Virus record (IMG/VR): IMGVR_UViG_3300018472_000401
Span: 26,563 to 90,562 of that record
Source of the DNA: a virus
Taxonomy: Duplodnaviria > Caudoviricetes
Length of the DNA: 64,000 bases
Reading direction: 5' to 3' (one strand)
Shown here: positions 32,855 to 43,228 of the stretch, in pieces
How the letters are laid out: each line of letters starts with the position of its first letter
Position numbering within the stretch: position 1 is the stretch's first letter
The notes under the pieces: generated by a model
What the model saw: the letters and a program-made list of their open reading frames with translations, nothing else
Database searches by the model: none
Told to the model about the DNA's origin: nothing
Translations under genes and position numbers: made by a program

Positions 32855-34948
32855 ATGGAAATGTACGGAAACACATTATGCGTCAGCTTTACGGAACTTG
32901 TGGGGAGCGGACTTATCAGTAAGCCCACTTACGACAAGTATGTACGTAAAGGCAAGCTTACCCTCCTCCAGCGGGGAGGTAACGGACGCGAGGCCCTGAT
33001 TGCCTACCGCTCCATGCCGGAACGGCTCCGTGCAGCATACGATGACACATTCAAGAATGCATACGAAGAAATGAAACAGCGTGAGCAGGAAAAGTACATC
33101 AACACACAGATTCGGTTCGATGCCGAAGCGGTACGGTTCTTCAAGGAATTTGAGCCGCGTATCGAGCCATCCAGACAGCTGGAATACATCTTGAACGCCC
33201 AGGTGATGAACGAGATGGTGCGTACGGAGAAGGCACGCAGTGTGGAACACGCCAAAGGAGGCTTTGCCCGCCGTGCGGAAACATGGAGCAGTGTGCAGAT
33301 CTGCTGTGAGCGTCTTCGCGAAATTACAGGTCACACACTGCCGAAGAATCCGGCACGATTGCGTGAGAAGTTCAATGCTTACAAGCGTGAGGGATACGTG
33401 GTGCTGGTTAGCGGTAACTTGGGCAACAGTGCCGCACGCCGCATCGGAAAGGCCGAAGGTGCTCTTCTGCTGAAGCTTCGCCGAAGCAAGTTCCCTGTCT
33501 ACACCGATATGCAGCTCTTTGAGGAATACAACCGTCAGGCGGTGCTTCGCGGACTGAAAACCATCAAGAGTCCTACTACGATGCACAGTTACTTGAACGA
33601 TCCGGCGGTAATGGTTTGGTGGTTTTCTGCTGTTCACGGAGAAAGGGAATTCAAGAACAAGTATATGCCAACCTTCGATACGGTAATGCCGTCCATGCCT
33701 AACTCGCTGTGGTATTCAGACGGTACGAAGATAAACCTTTACTACCGTGCGTACGATGACAGGCAGAAGCGATGGGTGGCACGAACCACGGATGTGTACG
33801 AGGTGATGGATGCCTGCACGGAACTGTTCCTCGGCTACTTTATCGGTGACGGTGAAAATTTCTTCAACCAGTACATGGCGTACCGGATGGCACTCCAGAC
33901 ATGGAAGGTGAAGCCTTACGAGATAGTTACCGATAACCAGGGAGGGCATAAGAAACTGGCTTCGCAGGGATTCTTCAAGAAACTCTGCCATCTTCACAAA
34001 ACCACGATGCCGCACAACGGCCAGTCCAAATCCATCGAGTCCGCTTTCGGACGATTCCAGCAGCAGGTTCTTCACAAGATGTACAACTTCACCGGTCAGA
34101 ACATCACGGCCAGGAAGCTTTCAAGCCGCGCGAATATCGACCTGGTAATGGCAAACATCGACCTTCTTCCCACGCTGGAGGAACTGAAACAGCAGTATGC
34201 CGACTGCCGCGAAGAATGGAACTTGATGCAGCATCCTACCAGCCTTACCGGCATGACCCGACTGGAAATGTACACCGCCATCGAGAATCCGAAAGCTCAA
34301 CCGCTGGATGATTACGAAGCACACGAAATCTTCATGCTGTTCTCTCAGGCTCCGGTGCAATACACCAGGGAAGGTTTCAATTTCCGCATGAACAAGCAGG
34401 AATACAGCTACATGGTGTATGGCGACGACGGGCTGATAGATATGAACTTCCACCTGCAGAACGTAGGCCGTCAGTTCCTCTACCGCTACGATCCGGAAGA
34501 CATGACCCGCATCGAGCTATGGGCGGTGACTGACACGGGAGCCAAGTATGCGGCCATCGCTACACCGAAAGTCACGATCCATCGTGCCACTCAGGAACGC
34601 ACCGAAGAGGAAAACGCTTATCTGTTTGCCCAGCTGGATGCCAACCGTCGCACTCGTGCAGCCATGCACATCGCCCAGGAAGACCTTTTCATGGAGGAAG
34701 CCATGGGCGAAGCATACACAAAGCTTCGTTTGCCGCGTCCGGTGGCTGTGAGCGAAAAGCAGCTTGACGGATACCGCGAAGAAATGAAGCGTGGCACACT
34801 GGAAGCTCCGGTACCGATGCCCGAAACGGATATTCCGGAAGAGCCTGTACTGGCAGATGAACCGCTGACCTTCGCATCATCAGGAGACTGGACAAAGAAA
34901 GTATCGAACCTGACGTTTGATGAACTGGACAGCTTGGGAAAATTCTAA
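32855..34948 (+). CDS. MuA-like DDE transposase
   Basis: WYSDGT (D), VTDNQGG (D), SKSIES (E); probable start ATG 32855. Confidence 0.9.
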   Translation: MEMYGNTLCVSFTELVGSGLISKPTYDKYVRKGKLTLLQRGGNGREALIAYRSMPERLRAAYDDTFKNAYEEMKQREQEKYINTQIRFDAEAVRFFKEFEPRIEPSRQLEYILNAQVMNEMVRTEKARSVEHAKGGFARRAETWSSVQICCERLREITGHTLPKNPARLREKFNAYKREGYVVLVSGNLGNSAARRIGKAEGALLLKLRRSKFPVYTDMQLFEEYNRQAVLRGLKTIKSPTTMHSYLNDPAVMVWWFSAVHGEREFKNKYMPTFDTVMPSMPNSLWYSDGTKINLYYRAYDDRQKRWVARTTDVYEVMDACTELFLGYFIGDGENFFNQYMAYRMALQTWKVKPYEIVTDNQGGHKKLASQGFFKKLCHLHKTTMPHNGQSKSIESAFGRFQQQVLHKMYNFTGQNITARKLSSRANIDLVMANIDLLPTLEELKQQYADCREEWNLMQHPTSLTGMTRLEMYTAIENPKAQPLDDYEAHEIFMLFSQAPVQYTREGFNFRMNKQEYSYMVYGDDGLIDMNFHLQNVGRQFLYRYDPEDMTRIELWAVTDTGAKYAAIATPKVTIHRATQERTEEENAYLFAQLDANRRTRAAMHIAQEDLFMEEAMGEAYTKLRLPRPVAVSEKQLDGYREEMKRGTLEAPVPMPETDIPEEPVLADEPLTFASSGDWTKKVSNLTFDELDSLGKF

Positions 34949-34986
34949 CGATTTGATTAAACAATACTTAAATACCTATTAAAACA

Positions 34987-35880
34987 ATGAAAGGATTAAC
35001 AACAGAAATGAAAGAACAGGTACGCAGCGCACTGATTGCCTACCGTTCCAATTACCCTACGTTGAACCGTGCCGCAGAAAGTTTGCAGGGTGTAAGTTCG
35101 GCCACCGTGAGCCAGCTTTGCAACGGAAAGTATGAACTGATCAGTGATGAAATGTTTATCCGTATCGCTTCGCAGATAGGCTTTGCCTTCGACTCATGGA
35201 ACCTTCACGAAGGAAAGACTTTCAAGGAAATCACTTTTGCACTGAGTGACGCACAGGCATACAAGAACGTGACATGGATTGTGGGTGATGCCGGATGCGG
35301 AAAAACCACAGCAGCCATTGAATACCGCCGTACGCACCGCAACGTGTTCTACATCCTCTGTTCGGAAGATATGCGACGCTCAGACTTTGTGCGTGAGATA
35401 GCCAAACAGGTAGGCGCACCTACCGACACGACCAACCTCCGCGATATGCTGGAGAATGCCATCAGCATGATTTCTTTCCTGGGAAATCCGTTGCTGGTAT
35501 TCGATGAAGGCGACAAGCTTACTGACAGCGTGTTCAACTACTTCATCAGCATTTACAACCGTCTGGAAGGTCACTCCGGCATCATATTTCTCAGCACAGA
35601 CTACATCAAACGCCGTATGGAAGCCGGACTTCGCTACAACAAAAAAGGTTACAAGGAAATAAACAGCCGCATCGGACGTCGTTTCTTCGATGTATCTCCC
35701 ACAGAACAGAATGACATCTACGCCATCTGTCAGGCTAATAACCTGACCGACCGCGCCGATATAGAAGAGGTGCTGAAGGATGCCAGGCGAAGCGACAACG
35801 ACCTTCGCCGCGTGAAACGATGCATCCACCGTCAGAAACGTATTATCGAAGCAAGAAGGAAAGGAGGAAGCAATGAATAA
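34987..35880 (+). CDS. MuB-like AAA transposition ATPase
   Basis: N-terminal HTH, GDAGCGKT, LVFDEGD, SRIG. Confidence 0.9.
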   Translation: MKGLTTEMKEQVRSALIAYRSNYPTLNRAAESLQGVSSATVSQLCNGKYELISDEMFIRIASQIGFAFDSWNLHEGKTFKEITFALSDAQAYKNVTWIVGDAGCGKTTAAIEYRRTHRNVFYILCSEDMRRSDFVREIAKQVGAPTDTTNLRDMLENAISMISFLGNPLLVFDEGDKLTDSVFNYFISIYNRLEGHSGIIFLSTDYIKRRMEAGLRYNKKGYKEINSRIGRRFFDVSPTEQNDIYAICQANNLTDRADIEEVLKDARRSDNDLRRVKRCIHRQKRIIEARRKGGSNE

Positions 35881-36541
35881 AGAGGATACTACACCGCCCC
35901 CACAGAAAAAGAAGTTCACTTTCGACCGCAATGCGAAAGGGGTTCGTGAGCTTCTTTCCATGAAGTTTGACGTGATGCAGTTTGACGGTTCCTGGTATGA
36001 TGCATTCGGCACTCCGGAACGCCGGGGAGTCTGGATCATCTGGGGAAACTCCGGTAGCGGAAAGACCAGTTTTGCCCTCCAGCTCTGCAAGTATTTGTGC
36101 CGTTTTGGCCGTGTGGCATACGACAGCATGGAGGAAGGTGCCTGCCGCACCATGCAGGATGCCATCCGCCGAACCGGGATGATGGAAGTAAACAAGAAGT
36201 TCCTGCTGATCGACAACGAGAATATGGATGAACTCAGCATACGACTCCGCCGGCAGAAAAGCCCGGACATCGTGGTTATCGATTCCTTCCAGTACACACG
36301 AATGACGTACCGTCAGTACATTGACTTTAAGGAACAACATAAGCGGAAGCTGCTCATCTTCATCAGCCACGCCGAAGGCCAGTTACCCAACGGACGTGCC
36401 GCCAAAGGAGTGATGTACGATGCCTCGCTGAAGATCTACGTGGAAGGCTTCAGGGCCTTTTCAAAAGGACGCTTTATCGGTCCCGTAGGACATTACGATA
36501 TCGTGCCGGAGAAAGCCCGGCAATATTACGGAGAAGAATAA
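35873..36541 (+). CDS. Second P-loop ATPase (RecA/AAA-like)
   Basis: GNSGSGKT, VVIDSFQY. Confidence 0.8.
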   Translation: MNKEDTTPPPQKKKFTFDRNAKGVRELLSMKFDVMQFDGSWYDAFGTPERRGVWIIWGNSGSGKTSFALQLCKYLCRFGRVAYDSMEEGACRTMQDAIRRTGMMEVNKKFLLIDNENMDELSIRLRRQKSPDIVVIDSFQYTRMTYRQYIDFKEQHKRKLLIFISHAEGQLPNGRAAKGVMYDASLKIYVEGFRAFSKGRFIGPVGHYDIVPEKARQYYGEE

Positions 36542-36573
36542 TCTTTTCAATTTACAATTCATAATCAGAATAC

Positions 36574-37017
36574 ATGAGAACAATGATGAAAGACCGTCCA
36601 ATCACACCGCAGCAGGTGAAGGCGCTGCACGCTCAGTTCCGGAAAATGGGATTTGATGATGATGACCGCCATGGTTTTATCAGCCAGTTCACGGAAGGAA
36701 GAACCGACAGCACCGCCGGACTGACCAAAGAAGAAGCCGGACTGTTGCTAACACGGTTCAACCGTGAGGAAGCTGACCGCATCCATCGTGAGGCACGCAA
36801 AGTAGTGAAACAGATTTTTTCCCTTTCGTTTCATATCTCCTGTCTGAACAAGAATTACACGAACGAAACGGAAGCGGATTTTGAAATGAACAAAGCGAAG
36901 ATAAACCAGTTCTGCCGTACACGCAGCAAGTTCCGCAAGCCTCTTACGGAAATGTCGCTGGAGGAACTGAAGGAAGTGAAACGACAATTTGAGGCAATGG
37001 CAAGAAAGGAGGAATGA
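36574..37017 (+). CDS. GemA-like (DUF1018-like) protein
   Basis: Q.K.LH......DDD.R....T.G.T.S...LT pattern; Mu early position. Confidence 0.5.
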   Translation: MRTMMKDRPITPQQVKALHAQFRKMGFDDDDRHGFISQFTEGRTDSTAGLTKEEAGLLLTRFNREEADRIHREARKVVKQIFSLSFHISCLNKNYTNETEADFEMNKAKINQFCRTRSKFRKPLTEMSLEELKEVKRQFEAMARKEE

Positions 37018-37018
37018 T

Positions 37019-37609
37019 ATGAGAAAGCAATCAGAAATAAATCGTGCAATAGCGTATCTGGAAGAACGTAATTACGATCCGATATGTCGCATACAGAGGG
37101 AAGTTTTAGAAGAAAAACGCAGCGAATCATGGGTATTCAATCGGTATGTGCGCGACGTTCCGGAAGACGAGCGCAACGAAACTCTTTTCTATGCCGCACG
37201 CGATGCAGCCCAGTTCCTTGCCGGAAAGATTGGTATCAGTTCCATCTGTCCGGATCTGGAAGACGAACCGGAAGAAGAGGAAGAGCAGGAAGAAACAATT
37301 ACTCTGAGCCTTTCGGAGTACAAAAAGCTGCTTCTTCGCCTGGATAGAGTGGAACGCAGGTTAGGACTGAGAGTGGGCGATGTGGCTCCTGCACCGCGTA
37401 AAGACATATCGGAAGCCCCCGATGAACTGATAGGTCAGGCCGATGCGTGCCGGCTGATTGGATGCGCAAAGACTACCATAAAGCAGTGGGCCAACAAAGG
37501 GTTAATCACCCGATATCAGAAAGGGTATAACGTGTACTACAGCAGACGTGAGCTGCTCGGAAGCTCGGTAGTAAGAGATTACAAGGACAGTAAATCAAAC
37601 AAGGAATAG
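37019..37609 (+). CDS. Protein with C-terminal excisionase-type HTH
   Basis: IGQADACRLIGCAKTTIKQW...Y.R.EL. Confidence 0.65.
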   Translation: MRKQSEINRAIAYLEERNYDPICRIQREVLEEKRSESWVFNRYVRDVPEDERNETLFYAARDAAQFLAGKIGISSICPDLEDEPEEEEEQEETITLSLSEYKKLLLRLDRVERRLGLRVGDVAPAPRKDISEAPDELIGQADACRLIGCAKTTIKQWANKGLITRYQKGYNVYYSRRELLGSSVVRDYKDSKSNKE

Positions 37610-37611
37610 CT

Positions 37612-37788
37612 ATGGAACAGGCAATCGAACAAATTCAGAATGACATTATGAACCGCATGCAGCAGTTTGATTTCGGCGACCGCGTAACGATACTCCGCGA
37701 ACTGGAGAACTTCTGCGGACAACAGGCTGATGAGACCATGAAACTGGAATACGATTTGGCGGCAATGGAGGACATGAGGGATGAATAG
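37612..37788 (+). CDS. Hypothetical acidic protein (58 aa)
   Basis: Hand-translated; fills the operon gap. Confidence 0.55.
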   Translation: MEQAIEQIQNDIMNRMQQFDFGDRVTILRELENFCGQQADETMKLEYDLAAMEDMRDE

Positions 37789-37951
37789 GAAGAAATACAT
37801 CGTATGGAGGATCATTTATTCTTTCCACGACAGACCGAATAAAAGCATCCGCTCATGCTGGCGAACCGACAACTTGACGGATGTAAGGAAATTGGCACAA
37901 GGGATTAATCCAGAAGCAAAAATACGTTTGTGTTATACAGAATTTAAATAA
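37781..37951 (+). CDS. Hypothetical protein (56 aa)
   Basis: Hand-translated; overlaps the previous stop. Confidence 0.5.
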   Translation: MNRKKYIVWRIIYSFHDRPNKSIRSCWRTDNLTDVRKLAQGINPEAKIRLCYTEFK

Positions 37952-37970
37952 CGATTAAAACTCAATTAAA

Positions 37971-38504
37971 ATGGCAACAAAAAGAACCAAGAAAACAGTA
38001 ATCAGCGGAGTAAGCCGCGAACAGTACGAACAGGCATTTGCCGAGTTTGCAATGGCCGACGCAAAGGCCCAGTCACTTACCGCAAAGATGGACCAGGAGA
38101 TGACTAAGATCCGTGAGAAGTACGCCGACCAGCTGGCCGAACTGAACGAAACCAAAGATCGTACATTCGAAGTGATGCAGACCTACGCCACTGAGAATAA
38201 GGATACGCTTTTCAGTAAGAAAAAGAGTCTGGAATCGGCACACGGTATCATCGGATTCCGCACAGGTAACCCGAAACTGAAGAATCGGAAAGGCTTCACC
38301 TGGGCAGCTGTAACCAACCTTTGCAAAGAGTTTCTTCCTGATTATATCCGCACCACGGAGGAACTGGCAAAAGACAAGCTGCTTGCCGACCGTGACGTAC
38401 CGGAAGTTGCAGAACAGTTTGCCAATATCGGCGTAGAGGTGGTGCAGGATGAATCTTTCTACGTAGAACCCAAAAAGGAAAGCGATGCAGTCCAGACGGC
38501 CTAA
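37971..38504 (+). CDS. gam: Mu Gam-like host-nuclease inhibitor
   Basis: Coiled coil then KS....G.IGFRTG.PKL...EELAKDKL. Confidence 0.85.
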   Translation: MATKRTKKTVISGVSREQYEQAFAEFAMADAKAQSLTAKMDQEMTKIREKYADQLAELNETKDRTFEVMQTYATENKDTLFSKKKSLESAHGIIGFRTGNPKLKNRKGFTWAAVTNLCKEFLPDYIRTTEELAKDKLLADRDVPEVAEQFANIGVEVVQDESFYVEPKKESDAVQTA

Positions 38505-38664
38505 GTACAGTTATTCCCGCCGTGGAAATCTATGGATCGTATATCGGAATGAATACACTCAGTCCACATGCACAGGCACTCCCGTCGCGGAGTGCCGATC
38601 CAAAGAGGAAGCACGGGATAAGGTTTATGAACTTAATGGATGGAAAAATGAAAAGAAAGTCTAA
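38485..38664 (+). CDS. Hypothetical protein (59 aa)
   Basis: Hand-translated; ends EEARDKVYELNGW. Confidence 0.5.
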   Translation: MQSRRPKYSYSRRGNLWIVYRNEYTQSTCTGTPVAECRSKEEARDKVYELNGWKNEKKV

Positions 38665-38824
38665 ATGCAAATGGTATGCAATATGGACTGTATACTGCAT
38701 ACTGATTATTCCATTGTTAATTGTGGCAATGTTTGCTTACTTTTTAAAGCTTCCATTTGAATTACTGGTTGAAAGGGTAGAAAAAGTAAAATGGTGGCTT
38801 GTGAATAGATATAAACCTGATTGA
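38648..38824 (+). CDS. Small TM protein
   Basis: Hydrophobic segment after MKRKSK. Confidence 0.5.
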   Translation: MKRKSKCKWYAIWTVYCILIIPLLIVAMFAYFLKLPFELLVERVEKVKWWLVNRYKPD

Positions 38825-38825
38825 T

Positions 38826-39113
38826 ATGGCTGAATTAACCTTTAGAACCAACATCCGGCGCGACAAGTGGCCGCGCTGGATGAAACAATTACACGAATAT
38901 ATTAGTCGTGTTACTCAAGACAAAGAACTGGAAGCAACCCGCGAAGAATACCAACGCCTGAAAATGATCATGGATGGATACATTAACAGCATCAAGTATA
39001 GCGGGCACATACGAAGAGCTTCAATACGTGTCTTACTTGGGTTGGATTACGATCAGTTTACCTTGTTTGTGATCAGGAAGAATTTTATTGTAACATGTTA
39101 CTACATAGAATAA
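38826..39113 (+). CDS. Hypothetical protein
   Basis: Operonic position. Confidence 0.6.
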   Translation: MAELTFRTNIRRDKWPRWMKQLHEYISRVTQDKELEATREEYQRLKMIMDGYINSIKYSGHIRRASIRVLLGLDYDQFTLFVIRKNFIVTCYYIE

Positions 39114-39307
39114 TGAATAAGCTCAAGAAAATAATAATGTTATTCCTGTCTGTCTTTATTGTATGTCCATTGATAATTATAGGCTATATGCTTCAGGTTT
39201 TTGCAGCATTGCTTGATATACTCGGATGGATATTCTGGATGGACGGGAGGATGGTGAGGAACAAATGGAGTGTATTAACCGATAAAATTTTGTCAGTATG
39301 GAATTAG
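39113..39307 (+). CDS. Small TM protein
   Basis: TAATG coupling; hydrophobic. Confidence 0.55.
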   Translation: MNKLKKIIMLFLSVFIVCPLIIIGYMLQVFAALLDILGWIFWMDGRMVRNKWSVLTDKILSVWN

Positions 39308-39498
39308 CGATAGGTGAAACATTTGAATATGATGGGCATTTATTGAAAGCCTCACCGGTAGAAAGTGAGCATATAGCATGTGAAGGTTGCTATTTCTATG
39401 AGAATAATATTTGTTGTTACCACTTGGAACAGTCCTGTACTGACGATTCAAGAAGTGATCAGCAAAACGTAATTTTTAAAGAAATTAAAAACAAGTAA
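39298..39498 (+). CDS. Small Cys-rich protein
   Basis: CEGCYF...C.....R.D..NVIF. Confidence 0.6.
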   Translation: MELAIGETFEYDGHLLKASPVESEHIACEGCYFYENNICCYHLEQSCTDDSRSDQQNVIFKEIKNK

Positions 39499-39500
39499 TT

Positions 39501-39980
39501 ATGATGCACAATTGGTTTACATGTAAAATCCGTTTCGAAAAGACATTGGAAAACGGAATGAATAAGAAAGTAACTGAACTTTATCTGGTAGACGCGCTCA
39601 GCTTTACCGAAGCAGAGTCTCGCATTATCGAAGAAATGACTCCTTTTATTAGTGGTGAGTTCGAGGTGTCTGGAGTCGCAAAAGCGAATTACAATGAACT
39701 GTTCCCGTCCGAAGAAGGAGCAGCCGACCGCTGGTTTAAGTGCAAACTTTGGTTTGTCACTCTCGATGAGAAGACCGGAGCAGAAAAGCGTACTGCCAGC
39801 AATGTACTGGTACAAGCTTCCGATCTGCGTGATGCCATCAAGAAGCTGGATGAAGGCATGAAAGGAACTTTGGCAGACTATGTGATAGCTTCCGTATCGG
39901 AAACCGCCATTATGGACGTTTACCCCTACGAAGCAGAACCCGATGTGAAACCTGAATTTAATGATGCAGACAGAAGATGA
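39501..39980 (+). CDS. DUF4494-like protein
   Basis: WFTCK.R.EK...YLVDALSFTEAE.RI..EM...ET.IMDV. Confidence 0.75.
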   Translation: MMHNWFTCKIRFEKTLENGMNKKVTELYLVDALSFTEAESRIIEEMTPFISGEFEVSGVAKANYNELFPSEEGAADRWFKCKLWFVTLDEKTGAEKRTASNVLVQASDLRDAIKKLDEGMKGTLADYVIASVSETAIMDVYPYEAEPDVKPEFNDADRR

Positions 39981-40186
39981 AAACAGAAAAGACTTATATC
40001 CATCGCCGTGTATGCCTTTGCCGCCAGTGCGGAGGAACCGGCTCAGTAACCGTATATGCAGAGAAAGATGTGCGCCGGGAATATCCCCAGCAGAAAGTGT
40101 GTCCGCAATGCCAGGGCAGCGGACGGATCTGGTTGAGTGGACAGGTCGTTAAAAACATAGAACCCTATGCAGAACCAGAACCTTAA
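39977..40186 (+). CDS. DnaJ-type zinc-finger small protein
   Basis: CRQCGGTG ... CPQCQGSG. Confidence 0.7.
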   Translation: MKTEKTYIHRRVCLCRQCGGTGSVTVYAEKDVRREYPQQKVCPQCQGSGRIWLSGQVVKNIEPYAEPEP

Positions 40187-40409
40187 TCTGTTCAGACCTC
40201 GCAGAGTGGCGGCTAAGATTCATTACAGCATGATCAGCCAGTTTATGTTCATCTGGGTGAAGTGGAACCGCCCCTGCGATCTGAAGGTACAACGATCACA
40301 GCAGAACCCGGAATTACTGGGTATCTGCTTTGACGTCGAGAACAATGATACACTTGATATGATTCGGGAACTGAAGCGTGATTTGAAGATTGAAATTATT
40401 GATTTATAA
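40167..40409 (+). CDS. Hypothetical protein
   Basis: Operonic position. Confidence 0.6.
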   Translation: MQNQNLNLFRPRRVAAKIHYSMISQFMFIWVKWNRPCDLKVQRSQQNPELLGICFDVENNDTLDMIRELKRDLKIEIIDL

Positions 40410-40420
40410 GTGAAGTAATT

Positions 40421-40669
40421 ATGGAGAAAGATAAATTTGAAAAAGCAATAGAACTCAACAAAGAAATAGAAGAGCTTAAATCACATAAGATAGCACTTGA
40501 AAATTCAATGATACGATATGGTGGCGGACTTATTTTTACATATAATAGAATGCACAATGATGTATCATTAAAAAGAGAATTATACGGAGATAAAGATTTC
40601 TTTGAAAACTATATGAATGCTTTGGATAGTAAAATAGATGCACTTTTAAAACAATTTGATGAATTATGA
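40421..40669 (+). CDS. Hypothetical protein (AT-rich)
   Basis: ATGA coupling with the next gene. Confidence 0.6.
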   Translation: MEKDKFEKAIELNKEIEELKSHKIALENSMIRYGGGLIFTYNRMHNDVSLKRELYGDKDFFENYMNALDSKIDALLKQFDEL

Positions 40670-40962
40670 AAAAAGAAGATATTGAGAAAGCAGCAGAAGA
40701 ATACGAAGATAGTTTAACGTATTCTTCAGTTAAGGAACAATATGACGTTCAAAAAGCTTTTGAAGCCGGTGCTAAATGGAGAGTTAATTCAGTTTGGCAT
40801 AATACTAGCGAAAAACCGAAAAACGGAGCAATGATTGTCGCTTTGAGAAGTAAATATTCTCCGATTATTTGCGGACCTTTTAATTTTGATTGGACGGAGA
40901 CAGTGGAAGATTTCCGCTTGAAGAAATGGGCATACGTGGAGGATTTATTACCTAATATGTAA
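40666..40962 (+). CDS. Hypothetical phage protein
   Basis: AFEAGAKW...WH...P...WAY.EDLLP pattern. Confidence 0.65.
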   Translation: MKKEDIEKAAEEYEDSLTYSSVKEQYDVQKAFEAGAKWRVNSVWHNTSEKPKNGAMIVALRSKYSPIICGPFNFDWTETVEDFRLKKWAYVEDLLPNM

Positions 40963-40978
40963 AGACAGAAGATCAAAA

Positions 40979-41167
40979 ATGAATATCAGACGTACACACT
41001 TGTCAGAAATGAGTAAATTCCATACTGGAGAAAGCCAAGGCAGCCCGCTATAACTATTAAGATACCAGCTCAGGGATAATTCCAGGATCAGTGCTGCCCT
41101 TTGATCTGCATACCTGGTCGCCAAATTGGAATTGCAGGACATGCGTCATCATCCCGGTGTGGCTTGA
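40979..41167 (+). pseudogene. Decayed small ORF upstream of dcm
   Basis: Coding-like fragments in different frames (LEKAKAARYNY*; LRYQLRDNSRISAAL*; VAKLELQDMRHHPGVA*). Confidence 0.35.
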
Positions 41168-41197
41168 CCGCCTATCCGGGATTAAAAACTAAATAAT

Positions 41198-42808
41198 ATG
41201 GTAAAATTGCTTTATATAGATTTATTTTGTGGTGCAGGAGGTACAAGTACAGGAGTTGAAAGTGCACGATTTGAAGGTCAGCAATGTGCAAAAGTAATAG
41301 CTTGTGTAAACCATGATGCAAATGCCATCGCTAGTCATGCGGCTAATCACCCAGATGCATTACACTTCACAGAGGATATCAGAACACTGGAATTATCTTC
41401 TTTAATATCACACGTGAAGAAAATGAAGAAGTTGTATGCTGAATCATTGGTTGTATTATGGGCTAGTCTCGAATGTACCAATTTCAGTAAAGCCAAAGGT
41501 GGCCAGCCGCGAGACGCAGACAGCCGGACACTGGCTGAGCATCTTTTCCGATACATTGAAGCCATAGATCCTGACTATATTCAAATAGAAAACGTTGAGG
41601 AGTTTATGTCATGGGGAGATATGGATGAAAAAGGTCACCCGATCAGTAAGGATAAAGGACGTTGTTATGAAAAGTGGAAACGAAATGTCAAGAAGTACGG
41701 ATATGATTTTGACTGGCGAATTCTGAATGCTGCTGATTTTGGGGCATACACAACCCGTAAGCGTTTCTTTGGAATATTTGCCAAGCGAGGTCTTCCAATT
41801 GTATTTCCAGAACCGACACACTGTAAAGATGGAAAGTCTGATATGTTTGGAAAACTGGAGAAATGGAAACCTGTCAGAGAAGTGCTAGATTTTTCAGATG
41901 AAGGCGAAAGTATATTTTGTCGGAAGAAGCCGCTGGCCGAAAAAACTCTTGAACGTATTTATGCCGGACTTATCAAATTTGTAGCAGGAGGTAAAGATGC
42001 TTTCATTGTAAAGTATAATTCTATGAGCCGGAATGGGAAATACCAGCCGCCTAGCATTGAAGAACCATGTCCAGTAGTAGCCACACAAGGGAGACTGGCA
42101 TTAGCCAAAGTAAGCTTTCTTTCCAAACAATTCAGTGGACAGCCAGATTGCAAGAACATTTCAGTAGACGTTCCTGCCGGGACAATTACCTGTAAAGATC
42201 ATCATGCTTTTGTCTCAGTGTATTATGGAAACGGTTATAATCATTCGGTAGAACAACCTGCTCCAACCGTCACAACTAAAGACAAGCTATCCTTAATAAC
42301 GCCGTTTTTTATGAATTATTATTCCGGAGGAGGTCAACTTGGAAGTGTTGAGACGCCATGCCCTGCTATAACTACAATACCTAAACAGAATCTTATTACC
42401 CCTATAACTTCAAGAAAAAGCAAATGGCATTATCTGATGAATCCTCAGTTTACCAGCGCAGGAAGATCAGTAAATAGTCCTTGTTTTACACTTATAGCCA
42501 GAATGGACAAGATGCCTCCTTATTTAGTGGAAGTAGAAGGAGGTATCGGAGCAAAGGTTACACCGGAAGATACTCCAATGACCATTAAGATAAAGTATTT
42601 TATGGATCTTTATGGTATCATTGACATCAAGATGCGTATGTTACGGATAACAGAACTCAAGAAAATAATGGGATTTCCGGAAAACTATGTACTGATTGGA
42701 CCACAGTCAGACCAAAAGAAGTTTATCGGGAACGCCGTTGAAGTGAACATGGCTAGAGTTCTATGTGAGTCTATTTATAAATCCATAAGAAAAAAAAATG
42801 TTGCTTAA
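41198..42808 (+). CDS. dcm: C5-cytosine DNA methyltransferase (homologue of 16443-18047)
   Basis: Same motif I, SLECTNFS, IENVEEF and IGNAVEV motifs. Confidence 0.9.
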   Translation: MVKLLYIDLFCGAGGTSTGVESARFEGQQCAKVIACVNHDANAIASHAANHPDALHFTEDIRTLELSSLISHVKKMKKLYAESLVVLWASLECTNFSKAKGGQPRDADSRTLAEHLFRYIEAIDPDYIQIENVEEFMSWGDMDEKGHPISKDKGRCYEKWKRNVKKYGYDFDWRILNAADFGAYTTRKRFFGIFAKRGLPIVFPEPTHCKDGKSDMFGKLEKWKPVREVLDFSDEGESIFCRKKPLAEKTLERIYAGLIKFVAGGKDAFIVKYNSMSRNGKYQPPSIEEPCPVVATQGRLALAKVSFLSKQFSGQPDCKNISVDVPAGTITCKDHHAFVSVYYGNGYNHSVEQPAPTVTTKDKLSLITPFFMNYYSGGGQLGSVETPCPAITTIPKQNLITPITSRKSKWHYLMNPQFTSAGRSVNSPCFTLIARMDKMPPYLVEVEGGIGAKVTPEDTPMTIKIKYFMDLYGIIDIKMRMLRITELKKIMGFPENYVLIGPQSDQKKFIGNAVEVNMARVLCESIYKSIRKKNVA

Positions 42809-42811
42809 AGC

Positions 42812-42847
42812 GCAATCCCCGGCACCGAAACCGATGCCGGGGATTGC
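42812..42847. terminator. Hairpin between convergent genes
   Basis: 13-bp stem GCAATCCCCGGCA/TGCCGGGGATTGC. Confidence 0.7.
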
Positions 42848-42862
42848 TGTCTGTGTATGGTA

Positions 42863-43072
42863 TCATTCTCCCGGTTCACCCAGGAACTCAACGAAGGCGG
42901 CATGTTGCAGGGGAGTCAGTGCGCGCTGTCCTTTCTGGTAGTGCAGTTCGGTCAGACGCTGCTGAAGTTCAGAGTTGAGATTCACCCAGCGGCGAAGTTG
43001 GGAAACGGCACTTCGCGGGGTGCTGTGAGGAAAATAGAGCAGGGCCAGATCGGTCAGGTAAATGGCATTCAT
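42863..43072 (-). CDS. DUF4248-like small DNA-binding protein
   Basis: LALLYFPH...A...LRRW...L...GY-like...LTP.Q.......GEP. Confidence 0.7.
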   Translation of the reverse strand: MNAIYLTDLALLYFPHSTPRSAVSQLRRWVNLNSELQQRLTELHYQKGQRALTPLQHAAFVEFLGEPGE

Positions 43073-43137
43073 GGGTTGCTTGTGTTGTTTTTAAGAGTTA
43101 ATGAATCAACTATAAAGTTACTAAATTCAAATGAAAA

Positions 43138-43228
43138 AACTACCCCGTAGTAAATTATTAATTACCGCAGGGTAGTTGGATCACTACCTGGCAGTAATGT
43201 CGCAGTCACTGCCAGGTAGTCGGTGATC
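43138..43228. repeat. Tandem hairpins downstream of the HU gene
   Basis: AACTACCC/GGGTAGTT (43138-43177) and ACTACCTGGCAGT/ACTGCCAGGTAGT (43183-43220). Confidence 0.8.

Noticed and set aside
42790-42798. A9 tract as a phase-variation switch of dcm
   Set aside because: Only three codons from the stop; slippage would change just the extreme C-terminus
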